This document shows positions 18,968-29,200 of a stretch of DNA of 64,000 bases, in pieces. A program made the translations under genes and the position numbers. This stretch comes from Shigella phage B2. Numbering within the stretch: the first letter of the stretch is position 1; every line of letters starts with the position of its first letter. The stretch lies in sequence record OM858838, one strand, 5' to 3'. The notes beneath the pieces are model-generated. The model saw nothing but the letters and a program-made list of their open reading frames with translations, was not told the DNA's origin and searched no databases.

Positions 18968-19351
18968 ATGTACAAACTTATCGCTCCCCTCCGAGTACAT
19001 AAATCCAAAGCCAAACTATTAAGTCTCAATCTTAATGCTTATAGAAATGAGCATCATATGAGTCTTAATAATGCTAAGGCTAACTTTAAAAAGATTATGG
19101 AAGAACAGATTAGAGCACTACCTAAGTTCTCTAAGGTGCATCTTACCTATGTCTTTTATCCCGGAACCAAACATCTAAGTGATGTTGGTAATGCTTGTAC
19201 CATAGTTGATAAGTTTTTTGCTGATGCTTTAGTCGAACTAGGGAAACTCCCAGATGACAATTATCTTTACATTCCTGAGTTGGTTTTTCGGATGGGGTCT
19301 ATAGACCGCGAAAACCCTCGTGTAGAAATCTTTATTAAGGAAATTGATTAG
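18968..19351 (+). CDS. hypothetical protein (weak resemblance to RusA-type resolvase)
   Basis: 127-aa ORF; D…D..K..DAL pattern only. Confidence 0.4.
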   Translation: MYKLIAPLRVHKSKAKLLSLNLNAYRNEHHMSLNNAKANFKKIMEEQIRALPKFSKVHLTYVFYPGTKHLSDVGNACTIVDKFFADALVELGKLPDDNYLYIPELVFRMGSIDRENPRVEIFIKEID

Positions 19352-19352
19352 T

Positions 19353-19799
19353 ATGCAAATCACTCTGAACCAAGACGAAATCATGGAAGCCCTGAAAGAT
19401 TATGCTTTCCGTGTAATCAATGTAGCTCCGGGCAATGATATCACTATCGACCTGAAAGCTGGTCGTGGTGAGAATGGCTATTCAGCCACTCTGGAAATCA
19501 CTCCACAGCGTTTAACGGAATCACATGACCCAAAGGGTCCTAATGTACGTGCAAGCTCCTCAGAAGGCTCTGTAGGCTTACGTACAGAAGTAATTGAACG
19601 TACAGTTGTTGAGCCAAGTAAGGGAATCCTGCGTGAGGTAGCTCCTGAACTTCCAGTTGAAGGTGAAACTGTAGTTGATACTGCTCCTACGGAGCCAGTG
19701 GACCCAGCAGCCCATCTGTCTGAAGAACAGGTTGATGCTGAAGTTGATGAATTCTTAGCTATCCAGAATCCTACCAAATCACTCTTCGCACGTAACTGA
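19353..19799 (+). CDS. hypothetical acidic protein sharing C-terminal PTKSLFA tail with 17691-18434 protein
   Basis: AAGGA SD, ATG at 19353; C-terminus …NPTKSLFARN. Confidence 0.55.
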   Translation: MQITLNQDEIMEALKDYAFRVINVAPGNDITIDLKAGRGENGYSATLEITPQRLTESHDPKGPNVRASSSEGSVGLRTEVIERTVVEPSKGILREVAPELPVEGETVVDTAPTEPVDPAAHLSEEQVDAEVDEFLAIQNPTKSLFARN

Positions 19800-19812
19800 T
19801 TAAGGAGCCAAG

Positions 19813-19959
19813 ATGAAAGCACTTAAAGCTGCTTTCATTACTGCTCTCATAGTAGGGGTCTTCTTTGCATGGCCCCTAGTATTAACAGTAGCTGTGATAG
19901 CAGGTATATTCTGGTTCATCTATATGGCTCTTAACCAAACAGAAGAGGAAGACGAGTAA
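19813..19959 (+). CDS. small membrane protein (48 aa, not in ORF track)
   Basis: AAGGAG SD; single hydrophobic helix; TAATG coupling to next gene. Confidence 0.4.
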   Translation: MKALKAAFITALIVGVFFAWPLVLTVAVIAGIFWFIYMALNQTEEEDE

Positions 19960-20186
19960 TGTATATCTGGCTTTTAATTGGCTTAGCTGTATCCATTTAT
20001 GTAGTACATGGACCTAAGCTAGATAATGAAGAAGCAAAGAGAATCAGAAAGAATGTTAAATTAGCGTTCGAACGTGTGGCTCTATTCAGAGCTATTATGA
20101 TTCCTGCATATATATTTTGGATGTGTGTGTTCTCTTTGATATGGCCTCTGATGATTTACATCAGATTCTTCTATAAAGATAAATAA
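19959..20186 (+). CDS. small membrane protein
   Basis: two hydrophobic segments in 75-aa ORF. Confidence 0.5.
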   Translation: MYIWLLIGLAVSIYVVHGPKLDNEEAKRIRKNVKLAFERVALFRAIMIPAYIFWMCVFSLIWPLMIYIRFFYKDK

Positions 20187-20190
20187 AATT

Positions 20191-20218
20191 AAGCCCCATC
20201 CTTGGGGCTTTTCTTTTA
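20191..20218. terminator. bidirectional intrinsic terminator between convergent + and - strand genes
   Basis: stem aagcccca/tggggctt flanked by A-run upstream and T-run downstream. Confidence 0.55.
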
Positions 20219-23200
20219 GTACAAACTCACCAGAGGGTGTACTGTAAGTCCATTCAATGCTGTACCCATCCCAACGTTATAACTCAGACTACCAGTTACT
20301 AAGTTGGCTTCAGTAATGTTAGGTAATCCAGATTCAACACTGTTACCAAACATCAGGAACAATGCTCTCAATGGATTCTCTCTAATCGTTCTCAGAATGA
20401 TTTTCTGGATACGAATCTTATAGTTCAGGAACCAAGTTAAACCAATAGCATCCAGATAGAATCTGGTACGACTTGGTAACACATCATAGTTCACGAACTC
20501 ATCCATCACTCTGTTAAGCGCACTGTCTTTATCCATTGGATTACTCTTACGAGTAGTCAAATGTTTATACAATGAATACTTAGCAACAAAGTCACCATAC
20601 TGGATTGAACGGTTCAGTAAGAAGTACACGTTACTATCTCTTGAAAGGGTAACTTCCTTAGCAACACGTTTAACACTATCTGGAATACCAGATGTGTATT
20701 CATCCATCTTATTAAGTAATTTATCTTTCAATGAATAGTTATCTTGCTGTCCTAAATCCTCTGCAATGGTAGGCAGTAAACCTGCTTTGATTAAATCAGC
20801 AACAGGGTTACGAGCCTGAGAATCTTTCAGTTCTGAAATCTTTCTCTGATATTCGTCAGCCATTTTAGGATTATGGTTTACAGCCAGATAGTGAGAATAC
20901 TCGTTAATCAGTTTCTCATTCTTTCTGTACTCCTCAGCAGCCAGTACAGCAGTAGACATATCCTTAGCCATAGTCACAGGGCTTACACCAACAGTAGCTA
21001 AGTGAACCATGTTAGAAACAATGTTCGCTGCTGATACAACTATTGAACGAACTACAATCCAATCCTTCATTTCCTTCACGAATTCCATCAGACCACGTTC
21101 ACCAAGTCTCAGATAGCGAGCAGCATTCTTACCTAAGAAGGTTTCAGCAATGCTGGTGAAAGCTTTCTGGAACTCTTTAGAGTAACCAGTCTGACCAGTC
21201 CACATATTCAGTACAGAAGGTTCACGATAACCAAATGCGTTATTCAGTAAATCCTTACGTACTTTAATCTTACCATCAGGCCAAATCTTCTTAGCTTGTT
21301 CCTTCATCTCAATAGGCATCAGTTCATAAATCTCTTTTAACTGATGGTCTGTAGAGTTCTCATCCATAGTAATGTATTGGTATGCCCTGCCTTCTCTGGC
21401 ATCCTTCACATACATTTCATGGAGTCTCTGGAGCAACATTTCATTGTATCTGGCTGCCTGAATCTCCTCAGCAATACGACCTTCCCAAGCACCGATTACC
21501 TTAGTGAAATCATTATCTACATCCAAATGTGCTTCTTTGTTAGCTCTAGGCATCTGATATGAGTAACCCATAATTGAACCAGCACGATTCAATACAGGTT
21601 GCATATATGAGTTATTGCCAGTAGGCATAGGAGCATTTGCATCAAATAAATTATCAATACTGCTTCTCTTACGAGTAGATAAATTATTCTTCTCAGTAGC
21701 TCTCCATATACCCGGAGTCATAGCACCATTCACAGTTCTACCTGTAATTGGGTTTACTCCACCTACGGTGTTTTGCAGGGTACTCATTACACCAGCAATC
21801 CAACGAGGTTCACCACCATTGTTTGAATGGTAGTAATACATTGGTTCCTTGTTGGTATCCTGTGGGTCACGAGCAACCTGAGCACCTCTGGTATACCCTC
21901 TACGAGATAAGCTTGGTTCATCTTTAATAGATGCAATAATCACTTTCTTGTTAGGGTCTGACAGAGTAGGAGTAAATCCTTTAATCCCAGCTAGTGCTTG
22001 GTTTTGACCAGACTTAGCTAACTCTGCACCCTGCAAGCTTGAATAATATTTGAGAGTGAAAGTCATCCCATTATTATTTGGTTCACCTTTAGTCATCTCT
22101 CTATTAATCAAATTACTTACAGTAGCAATATCAGTCTGAGATAACTCTTTCAGTGCTGCCAGAGAAGCCATAGTATCAACCAATTGAGTAACAGTATTAA
22201 CTGTTGCATCATTAGGTCTAACTCTGCCAGTACCAATTAAACGAGCAATAGCTGCTGCGTTAGGTAACTGATAAGCCAGTGGACTAACTCCATGAACCAT
22301 TTGTTTAGCTAATCCATATGCAGACTTAATATAGAAAGGAGCATTCTGTGCACCTGCTGTCTGCAATTGAGATTCAATAGAAGCAATCTCTTTAGCCAGT
22401 TCAGTTGGATTGGTTAAGAGTTCATTCAGTCGTGCCAAGTCATATCCATTGGCAAACAGATAAGCCATATCAGTATTAGCAACTACTCTCTGAATAGCTT
22501 CTTTCTCTGTTTGGTTCAGGGATACAAATGTACTCTCAATCATACCCGGAACCATCTCACGAATAATCTGACGTGCTCTATCAGCAGCCATATTCTTCTG
22601 AGTCAGTAAGGTATGAATGGTGCTATTGGTTTCGTTAGAACCAATGAACTCATTAATCAGTTCAGCAACAGTACCTAACTTGCCATTCTGGTGAATGGTC
22701 ATATAAATGTTAGTGATAGCATCACGTACATCCTGAGCATCTTGGTCATTGAATACTGCTGAACCAGCAGTGATACCAAATGCTACAGACTTAGGTACTT
22801 TCTTCTCTACCTTGAGTAACTGTCTACGGATAGTGTGACCAAAGGATTTGAGTTTATCCTGAGTAGTATCAGTGATTTTCTCTGCACCTCTAACCAATCT
22901 ACCAAACAGATTGTCTCTGGCTTCACTATCAACATGACTAATATTCTTAGCCAGTTTAGTTAAGCGAGAAGCAACGTCAGTATTACCCAAAGACTTAGTA
23001 GCCAAACCCGATAACCAAGTAAGAATGGCATTGGTTAAATCACCAATACGTTCTCTCAGAGTTGTAGCTGGAGTCTGTCTGGTACGCTTAACACTAATCT
23101 GAGAAAGTTTATTTCTCAGTTGTTCATTGGTTTCTGCCAGTGCAATGAAGTTAGCCAGTCTATTAGTACGACCAGTAGCATCAGTAGTCACAGCAGTGTT

Positions 23201-26200
23201 ACCAAATACAGCATCATATCTTTGTTTAGCTAATGCCATTTCACTAGCTGAACGATTATTAGGGTCAGTTAAGAAGTCTTCTACTTTCAAGGTATCTCTG
23301 GCTTGTGCATACAAACTACGTGCAACCAGAACACTTGGAGAAAAGTTCTCTAAACCATACTTCATAGAAACTTGCAGCATCTTGAATACAAATGCTTCTT
23401 TCTCACTCATGTTAAAACCATGAGCAATCAATGCATTTGGAGAGTTATCAATCTCTGGGTCGATACTATCTACCAGAAGTTTTTCCTGATAATGGTCTAA
23501 ACCAGAGATTTGCTGACCAGTATTCTTAATCACTTTAATGATATTTGACTGGAGATAATCCAGTGTATCAGTCAAATGATTCACATGGTCTTGCGTAGCT
23601 TTACCAGCATCCAGTTTATTAAACAGAGTTTCTGCATCTAATCTATTGATGTTATTAGCATTGGTTTGAGCATAGCTAGTTTCATCATTAGATTTAACCG
23701 GATTAGTAGAGTCAGTTAAAGCAACTGTATGCCCTAACAGACGTGACCAGTAAGAGGTAACATCTGGATTAGAGCCAATAGCAAACAGGCGCTTAATAGA
23801 ATCAGCTAACTGTTTGAGTACATTGGTAACAGTCCCAGCAATAGTCTTCTGAGTCATTGCATCAATCATTCTTGGGTTAACTAATCCCCATGCAATAAAC
23901 TCAGCAGTAGCTTGAGACATATTACCAGAAGCGATATGAGTATTAATCAGGTCTACTACAGCATCAGTTTCTGGATTGGTGCTTGAATATTCATTCACAA
24001 ACTTATTCATCAATCCTTCAATTGAAGCTACTTCTACTCTCTGAGCAGGAGTAATTGCTTCTGGATTGCTGTAATAGTTATGAACAGTATCAGCAGTAGC
24101 AGCATGAATTAACTCATGCATTACTGTCTCAATAGACTGAGAACCAATATAGATGTTCTGGCCTTGTGTAAGACCCAAGAACGTGTCATTAAACTCAACC
24201 TTAGTATCAGGTGTCATTTCCTGTTGAACGCCTGAGAGAGCTTCTGGTGAGCCTACATACACATTAATATCATTAGGGATAGAATTGATAATCTTATCCA
24301 GAATGAAACCAGTGATTCTATTCTGGCGAGAAGGCAGAGATTTAGCTGCCTCTCTTACAGCAGCAACCACATCACCTTTAGCCAGAACTTTAACACCTTC
24401 ATGACCTTTTACAGTTCTACCATTTCTATCCAGAGCCTCAGTCATCTGACGAGTAGGAGGAATGGTTACTCTACCTTTAGGTAGAGATACAGAATCCATA
24501 GTAGGTAATTCAGTATTGGCTACTAACTGTTCCAGAGGAGTTCTGGTATCAGTTGCTTCTCCATCAGTCTGTTTACCATTCTTAACATTGAATGGAATAT
24601 TGGCACCAGTCATCTGGTTAATGGAGGTAATAGCCTCACCACCTAACAGACCTTGTTTAATAGCAGTCTGAGTAGCAGCTTCTCTCTTAAGCAGAGTAGT
24701 GAATGCTTCAACCACTTCTGGACTAGTAGGTGCATTAGTTTCATCAGCACCAATCATTTCCATAATTCCACGGAAAGACTGTTCCAGACGAACATCTGCT
24801 TCTGGACCTAATTCCTCTGCCAGATTCACTCCATCCATTGCTTGCTCAAAACGGTTAGTGAAATCTTGCAGTAAATCGAATTCATTCCAGCTTTGCAGAA
24901 CACCTTGGTTAATAGCCTGAGAACCAGTATCCAAATGAGATACAGCATTGATGTAGCCATCGAATACGTTCAGAGCATTGTTAGGATTGATATCACGAGC
25001 AATAGCCTGCATAGCTGCTTCTACAGACTGAACCAGTAAAGGCATTACACGAGTACCCGGTTCAGTATAAGTAGGCATATCTACACCGAAGGTAGAACGA
25101 CGCATCTTACCATCCAGTTCTCTACGTCCTCTGGATTCCATTCTGTGTACGTCAGATGGAACACGCCCTTCCTCACTCAGAAGAATACCTTCATTCAGCT
25201 TTTCAACATCTAAGTTGTTAGCAGTAAACCAAGAATTGAAGATTGGCATTGAACCAATCAAGTAATTCTTAATGTCGTTGTACTGCTGCTGAGATAGAGA
25301 TTCATATTTAGATAACTTACCTTCTTTACGAAGTTCAGTTTCTAATCTCTCTACTTCTTTATTCCAACGAGACATGAATACTTCATGCATTACAGCAGCA
25401 GCATAGACCATCATCTTGCCACGATTAACTACAGTACCAAATTCATTAGCAATGGATTCGTTTACTGCTGCACCAATACCAATCTTGATGTTCTGAGTAA
25501 TAGCTTCGATTTGTTCACCGTCAAATTCAAACATAGTCACATCCTGACCTAAGTTGATAGGTGAACCAATCTGAACCCAAGAACCATTTCTGAATACCCG
25601 AGCAGTAGTCAGTTCATTAGTTGTATTAGTTAAGTCATTGATGTGTTCAATAGCAGCATCACGTTCTTCCTGATTAGTAGCTGCATCAACTGCTCTCAAT
25701 GCTTCTGTGATTGCTTCGTAATATCCATTAGCAATACCCATAGCAATCTTTCTATTGATTGCAGTAGCACCGCCTGAATAAACAGTTACTGTTACTGGAT
25801 TCTTAAGTAAACCTCGACCAATCTGAATTGGATGGTCTACATTTTCACCTTCAACAATATTCACATCACCAATCAGTTTGGATGCAGCAAGAGTAACCCT
25901 CATCTGATTCTTCAGACGTTCAATTTCACGCATTTCTTTTTGCTGGAATTGACGTGGTTTATTCTTCATTGCAGCAATTCGGTTAGGAATATTTCTAACT
26001 GAATCCATCATTCTATTGATGTATTGCTGACTATCAGCAGCAGCAGTCTTATACAGGTCTAAGAATCCCGGTTCTTCAGCAGCATCATTATACAGACGGT
26101 CAGACTGCCCATAGAAGAAACCGCCCTTCTCCAATTTATTCAGTAAGTCCTGGTTCACATCTTTCAAACCAAGCTGAACAATGGAGTTAAATGGTCCATT

Positions 26201-29200
26201 AGTAACACCATCAAGCTCCAGCATTACATGAGTCTGGAATGAGGTCTTACCTTGTTCTACAGCCAGTTCATATTGAGCCTGTGCATACAGAGCATGGAGA
26301 GTCTTAGTCTTCTCCTTACCTGCTTTAACAGCCTGCAACAAAGTCTCAGCATCACTATCACTGATGGCATCCTGATTCTCAGCAGCTTTAAGGATATCGA
26401 TAGCATCTCTGAACAGACCAGTACTGATAGCTTTATTCAGTCTATCTCTGGCTGTTTCAGAAGACAGCTTATCAACAGCAATATCTAAGCCCTGAGCAAT
26501 TGCATAATCAAGGAATGCACCATGCTGAGGGTTATTCAGTTCAATGGTAGATGGTTCAACAGTAACCAGTTCACGATGTAATTTAGCTGACTGAGGATTC
26601 AGGTCACCAGAGTTAAGCATCATACGGAAGTTACTGATTACGTTATAACCAAAGTAAACAGGAGTGGTAGCCAAAGGTAATCCAGCTTCAACCATTCTAG
26701 TTAAACCATTAACCAGAGTATTTATATCTCTTTCAATGGTACGGTTAGAACCCTGAATAGATTTCAGGTGAGCACCGTTAGTATTCTCTTCTGACTGAAT
26801 GCCTAACATTCTACCAATCCACTGAGTACCTAACTTATCAAGCATCAGGTCATGCAGACCCATGTTAATGAAGTGAGGTTGTTTGCTAGCTTTGTTACGA
26901 GCAGCAAGCATCTTCTCAGGGATATCCTGACCACCACCATTCTTAACTTTAGTGCTTTGACCTTTTGGTGGAGTACCAAAGTATGCACCTGCTCTTTCTC
27001 TCTGAGGATTAGTCAGTTGACCTAACAGGTCATTAGAATTCTGCATCAATTCTACTAAACGAGTAGCAGCAGGAGACTCTTCATTCATACGAATGAATAC
27101 ACGAGAGTTCTTCATGTTTGAGTCATTTACTTTAGTAGAACCAACAGCAGCTAATTCAGAGTTTTTAACAACTGATTCCTGAACCAGATTAGCATTAATC
27201 ATTACGTTCAATACTTCAGATGCCATTGCTTTAGACACAGCATCACGTACAGAGATAGGTGCATTAGGGTCTGCATTGATACCTAATACTCCAAAGATTT
27301 CTCTGCTTAAATCATCAATAACATTCTGACGGTCAGTACCAACGTTACGCAGTAAGTCAGTCTGTTCTACAGTTGGCCTAGTCTTGTTATCTAAACCAAG
27401 AATATCCATTACTGTACGGTCATCATTGAATGTAGTTTCAGATGCATTACGTACAAACCACTGCATCATTCCAGCAGTCATTGCTTCAATTACTGGCTGC
27501 GGTAAGAAGTAAACATTCTCACCATTGATGTTTCTAACTTCATCAAAGTACTCAACAGGATAAGTTTCCCAGAAGATACGCTGACCTTCAGGAGTTAATT
27601 TACCCCAAGACTGAATCAGAGATTGTTCAATAGCAGGGACTAAACCAGCAAACTGACGAAGTACATTTACTTCTTTCTCAGTTACTTGTTCTGGTTTGAT
27701 ATAACCTTTAAACAGATTCTGAATCTGAGTAATAGGATTAGAACCATTAGTAAAGATGCTATTAAGTCTCCCAGAGAAATTAGAAGTTCTCAGGAAAGCT
27801 GAACGTTTACCGGTAGGTTTAAACCATTTCTTAACTTGGTTTGTAGCTTGATATTCTTTATCTACATCAGAAGTAGACTTAGCATCAGAGCGTATTGTCT
27901 CTGCTTGCAGTCCATTCAGAATGTCATAGTTAACACCTTTCTCTGAACCAAGGTCTAATTGAGACTCATCCATCAGGTCAGTTTCTACATCAGTAGGTTT
28001 TTCCTGTAACTGGATATCAGATTCTACAGTATCTGGTTTCTCAAACAGTTCACCCTGTACAGGTTCAGTACGTACAGCTTCCTCAGACGCTACTGGCTGA
28101 GTTATTTCAGGCTGTACTGGTGTTTGTACCTCTTCCTGAGAAGTCTGCTCAGAAGTCTCTACAGGAGCTTCTACAGTAGTCTGCTGAGATACAGGTTGAG
28201 GGAAAGTATTCCTGACGTGGTTCAGGAAATCAGTACGTGCCTGAGAAGGTGTAGCCCATACTTCACGAGTACTACGTAAACTGAAGATATGCCCATCTGG
28301 TGTCATAACGTAAGGTACATTAGTGTCACCATAATTAAAGGAAGACAGAACATCCTGTTTACCAGTAACTGTGTCCTCTCCAGGAATAATAGTAGTTTTA
28401 CCACCATTAACCGGAACGGCACGAATACCCCCCATGTCTTTACCAATAGCAATATAGTCTTTGCCATTATAGGTAAAGTACTGACCTAACTGCATATACA
28501 GTGCCTGCTGCTGTCCAGTAAATTCAGCAGATTTCATCTCAGGACCGGCAGGGATACCACTAGAAGTAGTCTGCTGAGGAGCTGGTTTAGTTTCTTTTTT
28601 AACAGGTGCAGATTCCTGAGTCTGGTTGTTCACTTCTTCAGAAGCAACAGGAGCAGACTGTGCAGGGATATCTACAGGTTTACCATCTACCAGTTGACTG
28701 GTAAGGGTATGAGCCAGTCTTACTGCATCAGCATCATTACGAATCTCTTGGATTAATCCTTTAGAACGTACCGGATGGTACGTCATTGGATTTCCATCGA
28801 GAGACAGGTATGGCTGACCAGTAGTAGGATTAATTACTTCTACAGGTTGATTTCCAGTAAAGTTCTGAGCAGCTTGGTCAAAGGCAGCAGCCTTAGTTTC
28901 CATATGTTCAGCAAAGCGATTCAGGTGGTCTAACAGACCCTGAGCACGAGCAGTATCACCTAATGATAATGCACGGAAGATACCTTGCTGATATTGCTGG
29001 ATACCAATAAAGCCATCCGAACCTTCACGTACATCTTTACCTACTTGGCTCATAGCCTTACCAGTAGCAGAGATGACCTTAAGTTTATCCACATCCTGCT
29101 GACTTAAACCAAGAGTATCAGCAGAGTTAACTAAACGGTCAGCTACATCTGGAGTAATAGAAGATGCATCTAAGTTCATCTGAGCCAGAACAGATTTAAC

